Both the position numbers and the translations under genes were made by a program. From positions 6,272,001-6,336,000 of the forward strand of contig JASGJH010000001.1 of assembly GCA_047601445.1 (NCBI GenBank): a stretch of 64,000 bases of DNA, given 5' to 3'. The notes under the pieces are model-generated. The model was not told the origin of the DNA, made no database searches, and worked only from the letters and a program-made list of their open reading frames with translations. This document shows, one piece after another, positions 16,962 through 25,956 of this stretch (positions are counted from its first letter, which is position 1; each line of letters begins with the position of its first letter). This DNA comes from Myxococcales bacterium (GTDB lineage Bacteria > Myxococcota_A > Polyangia > Polyangiales > DASUME01).

Positions 16962-18044
16962 TCACGTCCCTCCACACATCAACGGCAAACACGCCTGCCC
17001 CGTGACGGTGCCCATCGCATCCGTGATCGGGTTGCCCTGATCGTCCACGACGTCCACGCACTCGTAGCCGGGCAAACACGAGGTGCCCTCGCTGCAATCC
17101 GGCACGCAGCGCGAGAGGCCCTGCTGTACGCCGTCGAGTCGCAAGCACCACGAGCGATTGCGGGAGATGGTGGGTGAGTATCCGAGGCAGTTGGTGTGGA
17201 AGGCGCACAAGCCGCCGTGGGGTTGAGCCGCGGGCACGGGTCCCGTGCGCGGGCCGCAGTCGACGCAGTCGGTGCCCCAGTCGCAGGCTGCGGAGCTCGC
17301 GGTGTAGAGGTCTCCGTCGTCGCATTCACCGTCACCAGCCCACTCGCCCAAATCGTTCAGGCCGCAGCTGTTGCGGCAGGTGAGGTTCTGGCAGTTGCCG
17401 GGCTGCCGCGTGTCGGGGCAGGTCACGGTGGCGCAGGTCGCGTCGCGCTCGGAGTTGCAGGCGCGGGTCAAGCAGACTTCGCGGTTGCCAGCCGTGATCG
17501 GGCAGTCCGAAGAACATTCATCCTGCACATTCGGGCTGTCGCAGTAGTCCTCCGCGCAGGTGAAACCGCAGAACTGCGACCAACGCTGGCACTGCACCCG
17601 GCAGCGACGCTTGCAGATCTCCTCGAACGTGAGCGGGCTCTCCACGCCCTCTACGTGCTCGCAGAGGATCACTTCGGGGGCCTTGCCCGAATGCGGCAAA
17701 GGATCGGCCGCCTCGCAGTAGTTCACGCACTCGCCGGTGTCCGCGGCACACACCTGGGGGGCCGGGCAGGAACAATCGGGATCGATGGGGGTCACCTCGG
17801 TGCCCTCGCCCTTGCCCTGGTCCCCAAAGTCGAAGCGTCCGCCCTTGAGCTTCTTGCCGCACAGCTCTTCGCCCGTGGGCCGCACCGCGCACAGCAGATC
17901 GAAGTCGCAGGCGCGGTTGTCGCAGCGTCCGCCGAGGCAGCGCAGGCTGCCCTTGGGACAGTGATCGACTTCGCCACACCCTGAGGCCCCGAGCAGCAGG
18001 AAGGACAAGACTGAAAGGACCCAACATGCTCGCCAGCTACTCAT
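16962..18044 (-). CDS. Cys-rich lipoprotein (paralogue B)
   Basis: Signal peptide ending LLLGASGC; 40 further Cys; DGECDDGD...CDWGTDCVDCGPR motif. Confidence 0.85.
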   Translation of the reverse strand: MSSWRACWVLSVLSFLLLGASGCGEVDHCPKGSLRCLGGRCDNRACDFDLLCAVRPTGEELCGKKLKGGRFDFGDQGKGEGTEVTPIDPDCSCPAPQVCAADTGECVNYCEAADPLPHSGKAPEVILCEHVEGVESPLTFEEICKRRCRVQCQRWSQFCGFTCAEDYCDSPNVQDECSSDCPITAGNREVCLTRACNSERDATCATVTCPDTRQPGNCQNLTCRNSCGLNDLGEWAGDGECDDGDLYTASSAACDWGTDCVDCGPRTGPVPAAQPHGGLCAFHTNCLGYSPTISRNRSWCLRLDGVQQGLSRCVPDCSEGTSCLPGYECVDVVDDQGNPITDAMGTVTGQACLPLMCGGT

Positions 18045-18265
18045 CGTGCGGTCCCATGTCTCCCTGTCTGGCTGCCCCAGACTCCCCGGAGTTGTGCTCA
18101 TAGCATGCATGAAGAGTGCGCCGAAACATCGTGATCATCAGCGCATGAGCGATCGATCGTGATGGACCGCCACGGCACGCCCACTGAAACGACTTCGGCC
18201 GCTCGCCTCGCTCCGAGGAGCAGGTCGAGCGGCCGCTGTGTGGAGCGCCGAGCTCGCGACTCAGG

Positions 18266-19351
18266 TCACATGCAGATCTGCGGATCGCAGACCTTGGCTT
18301 CCAGGTCGCCCTGCGTGATCGGATCCTGGTTCGAGTCGACCAGCGTGGTGCACTTGTAGCCTTCACCGCAGTTGTCGCCGAGCGTGCAGTCGGGCATGCA
18401 GCGGTAGACGCCGGAGTCGCCCACCGACAGACACCAGCTCTTGTTGTTGCGCAGGTCCTCGGTGTAGCCGCGGCACTGCTGGTGGCCGACGCACAGGGCG
18501 CCGATGTCGAGCGGGAGGGTAGGCGGCGTGCCGAGACGTGGACCGCAGTCGCCGCAGTCCGTGCCCCAGTCGCAGACGCCGAAGGCCGCCGTGCTCACGT
18601 CGCCGTCGTCGCAGGAGCCGTCGTTGGTGAAGTTGGGGTTGCCGGGACAGGTGTTCTTGCACGTGCCGACATTGGCGCAGTTCTTCGGGAACGTCGGCAT
18701 GGCCGGATCCTCGGACATGCCGGCGTCGCACTCGGTGAAGGTCTCGCACGTGCTGTCGCGCAGGGTCTCGCAGTAGCCGGAGACGTCCGCGAGCGTCGGG
18801 TAGAACTGCATGCACCAGTCCTGGGCCTTCTGCGTCGAGTAGAAGTTCGGATCGCAGATGTAGCCGGGGCAGTAGACCGGGGCGCGCAGGCAGAACTGGG
18901 TCCACAGGGCCTTGCAGGCGTTCTGGTAGGTGACCGGTTGGCCGTCGTCGCCGGTGCGGCACGGCAGGACTTCCTGGCGGCGGTTGGCCACCGGGACGGT
19001 GCCGGGCTCCTCGCAGTAGTTGATGCACTGGTCGGAGGTGCCGGGCACGCAAAGCGCGCCTCCGGTGCAGTTGCAGGGCACCGCGTCTCCGTCTCCGTCG
19101 CCGTTCACAGGCGTGGCGTTCTTGCAGTCGAGGTCCTCGCCGCAGTCGTAGCCGACGTCGAGCTCCTTGCCGCAGACTTGCTGCGCGCCGACGGCCACGC
19201 ACGCGAGATCGAACTCACAGTTCGCGCCCGCCATGCAGGAGCCCCCGATGCAACCGTCATCGCCAGGCTTACAGTGATCCACTTCGCTACACGCGGAGCC
19301 CGCGAGCGAAAGCGCCAAGGAGAACGCAGTCATCCAAAATCGCTTATCCAT
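18266..19351 (-). CDS. Cys-rich lipoprotein (paralogue A)
   Basis: Signal peptide ending LAGSAC; 38 further Cys; colinear with paralogue B (EVDHC, FDL.C, NYCE, CDDGD, CDWGTDC.DCGPR, SWCL, PDC). Confidence 0.85.
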   Translation of the reverse strand: MDKRFWMTAFSLALSLAGSACSEVDHCKPGDDGCIGGSCMAGANCEFDLACVAVGAQQVCGKELDVGYDCGEDLDCKNATPVNGDGDGDAVPCNCTGGALCVPGTSDQCINYCEEPGTVPVANRRQEVLPCRTGDDGQPVTYQNACKALWTQFCLRAPVYCPGYICDPNFYSTQKAQDWCMQFYPTLADVSGYCETLRDSTCETFTECDAGMSEDPAMPTFPKNCANVGTCKNTCPGNPNFTNDGSCDDGDVSTAAFGVCDWGTDCGDCGPRLGTPPTLPLDIGALCVGHQQCRGYTEDLRNNKSWCLSVGDSGVYRCMPDCTLGDNCGEGYKCTTLVDSNQDPITQGDLEAKVCDPQICM

Positions 19352-19375
19352 CAAAGTCCTTCTCCCCGTCATGGA

Positions 19376-20329
19376 TCAGAAGCGGAACTTGCAGGTGGCG
19401 CTGGCGAAGCCCACGCCGCACTGAGTGGCGGCTTGCTGCTTGTCATCGCGGCCGCTCAGGGCGCCCCACACGATAAGGCCCGCACCGCCTGCCAGGAGTG
19501 CGCCGCCGACCGCGTAGCCGACGATGCTCTGGGTCTTCACAGAGTCGTTCTGGCCAGGGTCCGGGCAGTAGTCTTTGTCGCAGTCGACCTTGTCGCCGCC
19601 GCGCACGCCGCCGTAGATCAACAGGCCGGCGCCGACGGCCGCCACGCCGCTGCCCACGCCGATCAGGATCCACTTCTTCTTGTTCGAGCCCGAGTCCGTG
19701 GTCGCCGCGCCACCCGTGGTGGTGGTGCCGCCGACGACGACGGTGCCGCCGGCTCCCTTGCCCGCGTCCGCCGGCAGGGCCACTTCGATGACCTGACCGG
19801 CAGGTACGATGACGTTGGTGCGGAACTCGGGCTGTCCGGACCAGGTCACCACCAGCACGTGGCTGCCGGGAGCCAGCGTGATCTTGTCGGGGCGCGGTGT
19901 GCGGCCCCAGTCCTGCTGGTCGACGGTGATCAAGCCGCCCTCGGCGCCACCGCGCACGAGGAGACCGGTGGCCGCGATGCGCGCCTGCAGCGCGGAGAGC
20001 CGCGCGTTGGCGTCGGAGTACATGGGGTCGTCGGGATCCGCCGAGTCCAGGAACTGCCTGAGCGCGGCCATGGCCTTCTCGAGATCGCCGATGCGCTCGT
20101 AGGCCTGCGACAAGTTGAACTGGATGCGCGGGCGCGGATCCGCCGAATAGGCGGCCGACCACTCGCGAATGGCCATGTCGTAGTTGCCGGCGCTGTAGGC
20201 CGCTTCGCCGCGGCGGAAGGCTTCACGAGCGTCGACGGCCGGGGCCGGAGCACTCGTAGGAGCCTGCGCGAAGCTGGCGGCAGGGATGAGGAGCAAGAAC
20301 GCGAAATACAAGGCTCTGAGGCGCAGCAT
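19376..20329 (-). CDS. Exported TPR + PEGA-like domain protein with a C-terminal Gly-rich hydrophobic region
   Basis: Signal peptide; TPR (AREAFRRGEAAYSAGNYDMAIREW...FNLSQAYERIGD); PEGA-like ITVD...GRTP...LAPGSHVLVV; ends CKFRF. Confidence 0.85.
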   Translation of the reverse strand: MLRLRALYFAFLLLIPAASFAQAPTSAPAPAVDAREAFRRGEAAYSAGNYDMAIREWSAAYSADPRPRIQFNLSQAYERIGDLEKAMAALRQFLDSADPDDPMYSDANARLSALQARIAATGLLVRGGAEGGLITVDQQDWGRTPRPDKITLAPGSHVLVVTWSGQPEFRTNVIVPAGQVIEVALPADAGKGAGGTVVVGGTTTTGGAATTDSGSNKKKWILIGVGSGVAAVGAGLLIYGGVRGGDKVDCDKDYCPDPGQNDSVKTQSIVGYAVGGALLAGGAGLIVWGALSGRDDKQQAATQCGVGFASATCKFRF

Positions 20330-20477
20330 CGATTCTCCCATGGCACGGCGCGTCACGCTGGCGAGGATACCCTTTCCCCGGGGGGGTGCGCGAACTTCCA
20401 TTGCAACGACTCCGTGGAAATCCGCTCCGCCTCGAGATCACGGGACGAAAAAAGGACCGGGTCCGTCGCGCCGTCAG

Positions 20478-21005
20478 TCAGGCGCCGGTCTTCTCGGTGG
20501 CGGCCAGCAGCTCGGGCGGCAGCGTGATGCGCCCGGTGTTGCGCTGGCGATTCTCCGGATCGCGCAGGGCTTCCGTGAGGCGCGCGCGATCGAGGGCGCG
20601 GTAGTCGGGGGCTGCTCCGTTGGGGGGCGGCCCCTCGGCGGCCACCCACAGCCGAATCGGGCCGAGAGCGATCACGGCCTGTCCGAGGATGGCCACCCAC
20701 TCGTTCAGACGTTTGCCGTTGACCGTGGTGCTGCCGAGACGCAGCGCGTCCTCGAGCCAGAAGTTGGTGCCGTCCCAAACGGCGTCAAAGTGGCGTGGTG
20801 CGACGCTCGGGTGTCGCAGGCACAGGCTCGCATTGGCGTCGCTTCCGATTACCAAGCGCGCGGGGCGGCCAGCCTCGAAGAGAAACCTGCGCGGGGTATC
20901 GCCGCGCACGATCACCAGTCGTGCCCAGGCGCCACCATTTGCCTTCGCTTGTTCCACACCTACTCCGTGCGACCGACGTGGGCCCTCGACCCTCTGCCAT
21001 CTCAC
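20478..21005 (-). CDS. FHA domain protein
   Basis: LVIGS...LRHPSVAPRH...FWLED...STTVNG pattern (degenerate FHA). Confidence 0.75.
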   Translation of the reverse strand: MRWQRVEGPRRSHGVGVEQAKANGGAWARLVIVRGDTPRRFLFEAGRPARLVIGSDANASLCLRHPSVAPRHFDAVWDGTNFWLEDALRLGSTTVNGKRLNEWVAILGQAVIALGPIRLWVAAEGPPPNGAAPDYRALDRARLTEALRDPENRQRNTGRITLPPELLAATEKTGA

Positions 21006-21121
21006 CTACGCTCCCGGCCCGGCGAGATCCCCTGCTATTTTTCCCAATGGTGGCTGGAATCAATCACTGAACGTTTTGTCAGAAATTTGGACATCTGTTC
21101 AGGTAGGCGGATACTGGTCGC

Positions 21122-21592
21122 ATGAACAGCCAAGCGTCCCGCCCCCACACCGCTCTCGCCCTCGAACCAAGCGCTCAGGTCGTCCTGCGCGCGCTCTTCC
21201 AGCTCGCCCTTGCGGATTGCCCGGCCGACGCCGGTAGCGTTGCCCGCCTGCTCGGCCTGCGCGCGAGCCAGGTGGCCCAGGCGCTCGTGGAGCTCGACGT
21301 TCAGGGCCTGGTCGATGCCGAGCGCGCCCGGCTCACCATGCGTGGGCTGGCCGTCGCGGCAGGCCTGCCCGCGATCACGGTGCCGGAGAACGAGGCTCGT
21401 CCCGCGCTGCGTCAGGGCCTCGCGCTGCACCGGCAGCCGCATCCCGCCGAGCTGTCCTCGGCGTCGGGCCGAGAGCTGCGCCATACGCGCGTGGCTCGCC
21501 GCGCGGCCTTCAGGAGCTCACGCGCAGAACCGCGCGCTTCGACGGCGGGGCGGCGCACGATTCGCGCGAGCCATTCGGCGGTTTCGCTGTAG
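21122..21592 (+). CDS. Hypothetical protein with a winged-helix-like N-terminus
   Basis: VARLLGLRASQVAQALVELDVQGLVD...RLT pattern; lies upstream of the kinase in the same orientation. Confidence 0.55.
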   Translation: MNSQASRPHTALALEPSAQVVLRALFQLALADCPADAGSVARLLGLRASQVAQALVELDVQGLVDAERARLTMRGLAVAAGLPAITVPENEARPALRQGLALHRQPHPAELSSASGRELRHTRVARRAAFRSSRAEPRASTAGRRTIRASHSAVSL

Positions 21593-21604
21593 CCTCGTCC
21601 CTGC

Positions 21605-23380
21605 GTGTGGAGCGTCGGTCAGCGGATCGGGGACTATGAGCTGCTTGCCCACCTACGGGACGGCGGCATGGCCTCGCTCTTTCTGGCACGTCGCCTGGGT
21701 GCCGCGGGCTTTTCCCGCGACGTCGCCATCAAGATCGTGCATCCCGAGCTCGCGAGCGACGCGCAGTTCCGGGCGATGTTCCTGGACGAAGCCCTGCTGT
21801 CAGCGCGCATCCAGCATCCCAACGTGGGCCATGTGGAGGAGTTGGGGGAGATCGCGGGCACGCACTTCCTGGTGATGGAGTTCGTGCATGGCTGCTCGTT
21901 GGCCCAGCTGCAGCGCGCCCTGATCGCCAAGGGGCGGCGGCTCGCGCCCGCCTTCGCCACTCGCATCGCGATGCACGTCGCCGAGGGACTGCACGCGGCG
22001 CACGAGACCTGCGACGAGCATGGGCGGCGGCTCGACGTGGTGCATCGCGACGTGAGCCCCGAGAACATCCTGCTCGCCTACGCGGGCCACGTGAAGCTGA
22101 TCGACTTCGGCATCGCCAAGGCCTACGGGCGTCGGCATCGCACCGAGGATGGCCTGCTCAAGGGCAAGTTCCGCTACATGAGCCCGGAGCAGGCGTCGGG
22201 ACAACCTATCGATCGTCGCACCGACGTGTACCAGCTGGGCATCGTGCTGTGGGAGATGCTGACCCTGCGGCGGCTGTTCGACGCGGAGACCGACGTCGAC
22301 CTGTTGAATCAGGTGCGGGCGCCCAGGATCGCGCCGCCGAGCTTGCTGGTCGATCGCATCTCGCCCGCGCTCGAGGCCGTGGTGATGGCGGCGCTCGATC
22401 CGAGCGCGGCCCGGCGCATCCCCGATGCCCAGACCTTCGCGCGACGGCTCGGCAAGGCCATGCCGAGCGCCCACGAGGTGGACAGCGGCGCGCTCAGCGC
22501 GCTGTTGCTTGCGTTGATGCAGGAGCAGCGCCGCGAGCAGAAAAAGACCTACCCCTCGGGGCTCTACGATCAGCTGGAGCAACAGGTGCCCACCGAGCGC
22601 GCCGAGGGTGGCTCGAGCGATCCCAAGGGGCCCGTGTTCCGCAGCTACACGCTCGAGCACACCTCGCCGTATGGCAGCGATGCGCCTTCGCCGCCCCCGC
22701 CGCGTCGTCGGCTGGAGACCACCGAGCCCGCCTACGCGGGTGCCGGGCAGGACCCCGTGCGCATGCCGCCGGATGTCGCACCCCAGGGGCCGAGGCAGCG
22801 GCGCTTGGTGCGGCTGGCCAGCGGCATTCGGGACACCTTCCAGGAGCTCGGAACCACCATCACCCAGCTGACGGGTTTCAAGTCGCCGGTCGTGAAGGCG
22901 CTCGGGATGGTGGCGCTGGGCGCGCTGTCTATGGGCATCGTGCTGGTTGGCATAGCGTTCATGCTGCGCCGCCCAGCGCCGGTGCCGTCGCAGGTGCCCG
23001 TACCAGCGCCTTTGCCAGCCGTTCCGCTGGCCTTGCCCAGGCTCGAGCAACCGCCGCCGGCCAAGGCGCTCGCGGCGGACTCCGAATTGCCTTCGCGCGA
23101 TTCCGCCCCGATCGCGCGCGATTCAGCGCCACTGGTGCTCACACCCGTGCGCACGTTGCCCGCCGAGGTCGCGAACCAAGCTCCCGCGGCTCCGCCCGTC
23201 GAGGCTGGCGCAGCGCGGCGCGCGACCGGGAGCGAGCGCGCAGGGGGCACCGAACGAGCGGCTGCACCCGAGGCCTCGGAGCGCCCTCAGCGGGACGAGG
23301 AGCGCAAAACGCCCGCCGGACGCCTGGCGGCGCCTGTGGTCGTCGACGGTACGCCGATCATCCCCGAACCAGGATTTTGA
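21605..23380 (+). CDS. Membrane-anchored Hanks-type Ser/Thr protein kinase
   Basis: GGMA, VAIK, HRDVSPEN, DFG and YMSPEQ motifs; one TM helix; Pro/Ala-rich tail. Confidence 0.95.
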   Translation: MWSVGQRIGDYELLAHLRDGGMASLFLARRLGAAGFSRDVAIKIVHPELASDAQFRAMFLDEALLSARIQHPNVGHVEELGEIAGTHFLVMEFVHGCSLAQLQRALIAKGRRLAPAFATRIAMHVAEGLHAAHETCDEHGRRLDVVHRDVSPENILLAYAGHVKLIDFGIAKAYGRRHRTEDGLLKGKFRYMSPEQASGQPIDRRTDVYQLGIVLWEMLTLRRLFDAETDVDLLNQVRAPRIAPPSLLVDRISPALEAVVMAALDPSAARRIPDAQTFARRLGKAMPSAHEVDSGALSALLLALMQEQRREQKKTYPSGLYDQLEQQVPTERAEGGSSDPKGPVFRSYTLEHTSPYGSDAPSPPPPRRRLETTEPAYAGAGQDPVRMPPDVAPQGPRQRRLVRLASGIRDTFQELGTTITQLTGFKSPVVKALGMVALGALSMGIVLVGIAFMLRRPAPVPSQVPVPAPLPAVPLALPRLEQPPPAKALAADSELPSRDSAPIARDSAPLVLTPVRTLPAEVANQAPAAPPVEAGAARRATGSERAGGTERAAAPEASERPQRDEERKTPAGRLAAPVVVDGTPIIPEPGF

Positions 23381-23422
23381 GTCCGCGCGCAACTTGGTGC
23401 TCGCTCGACCGATAGCAACCCC

Positions 23423-24602
23423 GTGCAGCAAACGGCTCGGGTCGAGGTCGCGGCCAGTTCGCATGGGATCTTTGGGGTGCTCGGGACCCTGGGGGCGTTC
23501 CTCTTGTGGGCGTGGTCCTGCGCGGTTCACGCCGCGCCACCCGAGCTCAGAGAGCTGAGCCTCGAGCCAGGCCAGCAGCTGAGCCTGTCGGCAGCCGGCG
23601 TGAAGAGCTACTCCGCGGGCGTGCCCGGCGTGGTCGAAGTGCGGCTGTCCAAGGAGGGCGATCAGTTCGTGCTGCTGGCGTTGCGGCCGGGGCTCACCAC
23701 GCTGCTCCTCTTCATGCTGGATGGGCGCGAGATCCAGTATCGCATCGAGGTCGTCGCCCCGGAGCGCGAGCCAGGGCAGCGCATCCTGGTGGCGCCGCAA
23801 GACAACATCCGGCTCGACTTCTACTTCGTGCAGGTCTCACAAGACTCGGGTCATCAGCTAGGCGTGGCGTTCCCCGACAGCCTGGGCGGGGAGGCACGCG
23901 TGAGCGCGAACTTCAACTTGCTCTCGGGTGCCCTCACGGACGCCACCTTGGGCATCGCGGATCAAGTGCTGCCAAGGCTCGATTGGGCCCAACGCGGCGG
24001 TTGGGCGCGCGTCTCGCGGCAGGCGGCCGTGGTCGCGGAGAACGGCAAGCAGGCCGAGTTTCACAGCGGCGGGGAGGTCAACGTGTCCATCCAGGGAGCG
24101 CTCACGGCCGAGGTGCGCGCCATCTCCTACGGCAGTCGGGTCACCGTCCAGCCGCGCTTCGAATCGCGAGTCGGGACGCATCGAGCTGCAGGTCGGTGCG
24201 GAGGTGGCCGACCTGTCCAACGACAGCGGCACGAGCATTCCCGGGCGGCAGCTCGCCAAGCTCGACACGGTGGTGAACCTCGATCTCGGTAAGTCGTTGG
24301 TGCTGGCGGGGCTCAACAGCGCGCGCGAGGCGCGTAGTCGGCGTGGGTTACCCGGGCTCAGCCGTATTCCCATCCTCGGCGCCCTGTTCGGCACGCGCAA
24401 TCGCCTCAGTGAAGAGACCAAGAACCTGCTCTTCATCGTGCCCACCGTGGTGCAAGCCGTGCCGCTACGAGAACGCGACCTGGTGGAGGAGATGTTGCGT
24501 GTGTACCAGGCCTTCGAGGGCGACACGACGCAGGTGAACCTGCTCGAGCGCTCGCCTGGCAAGGCGACCGCGGCGCCGCGAAGTGCGGAGCACCGTCCAT
24601 GA
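23423..24602 (+). CDS. CpaC/RcpA-like secretin (pilus assembly N-domain + secretin), split by a +1 frameshift at 24162/24163
   Basis: N-domain (LSLEPGQQ...GLTTLLLF), AEFHSGGEV and GLPGLSRIPILGALFG...LLFIVPTVV. Removing one A from GAATC restores PRFDRESGRIEL. Confidence 0.85.
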
Positions 24603-25237
24603 GCGCGATGCGGAGGCTGGCTGGTCTGCTGTTGCTCGGTCACTTGCTCGTCGCGGGCTGCGCACCCGTGGGCCCAGTGGCGGCATCGCCCGCGGCCGCG
24701 AGCCGCGCCCTTTCCGCGTCCGAGCTGTACGCCGCGGGCATGGCGTTTCTGGCCGCCCAGGATCTCGTGCGCGCGGAGCAGTATCTGGCCAGTGCCCTGC
24801 ATAGCGGCTTCGACGAGCGTACTTGCGTGCGAGCCCTATTGAGCGCCACCGTGGCCGCCTCCCGCCTGCGCTCCGCGCTGCTCTATGCCGAGCCCTACCT
24901 GTTGCGCCACCCACAGGACCTCGCGCTCGCTCAGCTGGTGGCCACGTTGCATCTAGTGCTCGGGGAACTTCCACAAGCAGAGCAGGAACTGCGTCGGGTC
25001 CTGGCGCTCCATGACCAGCAGCCAGAGGCTCAGTATCTGCTCGCGCTGGTGCTCGAGCGCTCGGGGGGCTCGCCTTCGGCCCGACGTGAGGTCATGCAGA
25101 CCTACTTGCGGCTCGCACCCAGGGGACGCCACGCGGCCGAACTGCGTGCGAGCTTGCTCACGCTCGGGGCGCTCGAGCCGGTGCCGGCGTCCGAGCCCGC
25201 GCGGAGCAGCCGAGTTCGCTTGCGCAAAGGAGGATGA
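24599..25237 (+). CDS. TPR lipoprotein (possible secretin pilotin/TadD-like partner)
   Basis: Lipobox LVAGC; TPR-like helices, YLRLAPRGRHA; overlaps the secretin stop. Confidence 0.7.
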   Translation: MSAMRRLAGLLLLGHLLVAGCAPVGPVAASPAAASRALSASELYAAGMAFLAAQDLVRAEQYLASALHSGFDERTCVRALLSATVAASRLRSALLYAEPYLLRHPQDLALAQLVATLHLVLGELPQAEQELRRVLALHDQQPEAQYLLALVLERSGGSPSARREVMQTYLRLAPRGRHAAELRASLLTLGALEPVPASEPARSSRVRLRKGG

Positions 25238-25609
25238 TTGGCGAGCGTCATACGCAGCATGCCTGCCCTGCACCACTTGGCCTTGCGGACCCGCGATGTG
25301 GCGGGGCTCGCGCAATTCTATCGGGATTGGTTCGAGCTCGACGTCGTTCGCGAGCAGCGACCGCGTTCGTTGTGGCTCGGGCTGGGCGCGGACGCCGTGC
25401 TCATGATCGAGGCCGCGGGGGAGGGGGAGCCGGGTATCCCGGCGGGCACGCTCGAACTCGTGGCTCTGCGGGTGAGCAGCGCCGAGCGCGAGCTCCTGCG
25501 GGCCCGCCTCGTGGCGCACGACATGCTCGAGGCCGAGACGGCCCACAGCGTGTACTTCCGGGATCCCGATGGGCGTCGGGTGGGGGCCTCGAGCTTCCCG
25601 CTGCCGTGA
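25238..25609 (+). CDS. VOC/glyoxalase family protein
   Basis: LHHLALRTRD...FY...SVYFRDPDGRRV. Confidence 0.85.
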   Translation: MASVIRSMPALHHLALRTRDVAGLAQFYRDWFELDVVREQRPRSLWLGLGADAVLMIEAAGEGEPGIPAGTLELVALRVSSAERELLRARLVAHDMLEAETAHSVYFRDPDGRRVGASSFPLP

Positions 25610-25664
25610 GAGCGAGTACGCATGGTCGACGCGGGAGCGCCTGCCGGCGAGTGAGGCCCAAAGG

Positions 25665-25702
25665 CGAAAGCCGCGCCCGGAAGGACGCGGCTTTCGTGTT
25701 TT
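25665..25702. terminator. Rho-independent terminator, probably bidirectional
   Basis: Stem CGAAAGCCGCG / CGCGGCTTTCG followed by TGTTTT, between the convergent VOC gene and tRNA. Confidence 0.75.
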
Positions 25703-25704
25703 AG

Positions 25705-25777
25705 TGGAGCTGAGGGGGATCGAACCCCTGACCTCTGCATTGCGAACGCAGCGCTCTCCCGGCTGAGCTACAACCCC
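25705..25777 (-). tRNA. tRNA-Ala(CGC); CCA not encoded
   Basis: GGGGTTGTAGCTCAGCCGGGAGAGCGCTGCGTTCGCAATGCAGAGGTCAGGGGTTCGATCCCCCTCAGCTCCA folds as a cloverleaf with G3:U70, anticodon CGC and a GTTCGA T-loop. Confidence 0.97.
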
Positions 25778-25865
25778 GTTGCCCCGGTGACCCAGGGGCG
25801 CGGTAGTTACCACGCAGCTTTCCGACCCGCAAGGCCGTCTCCCGTAAGCACGCGTTTCCGTGGAT

Positions 25866-25930
25866 GGGGAGGTCACGCGACCTCCAAGGCCGCGCCGAGG
25901 CCCACCCCACCGTGAAGTTGCTTTGCTCAA
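25866..25930. repeat. REP-like palindromic dispersed element (copy also at 61030-61152)
   Basis: GGGGAGGTCACGCGACCTCC hairpin plus similar downstream sequence. Confidence 0.7.
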
Positions 25931-25956
25931 CGGCGGAAGGACATGTTCGCGTCTCG

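Noticed and set aside
25705..25777. tRNA-Ala as an island attachment site
   Set aside because: No integrase and no duplicated tRNA 3' end seen in the window
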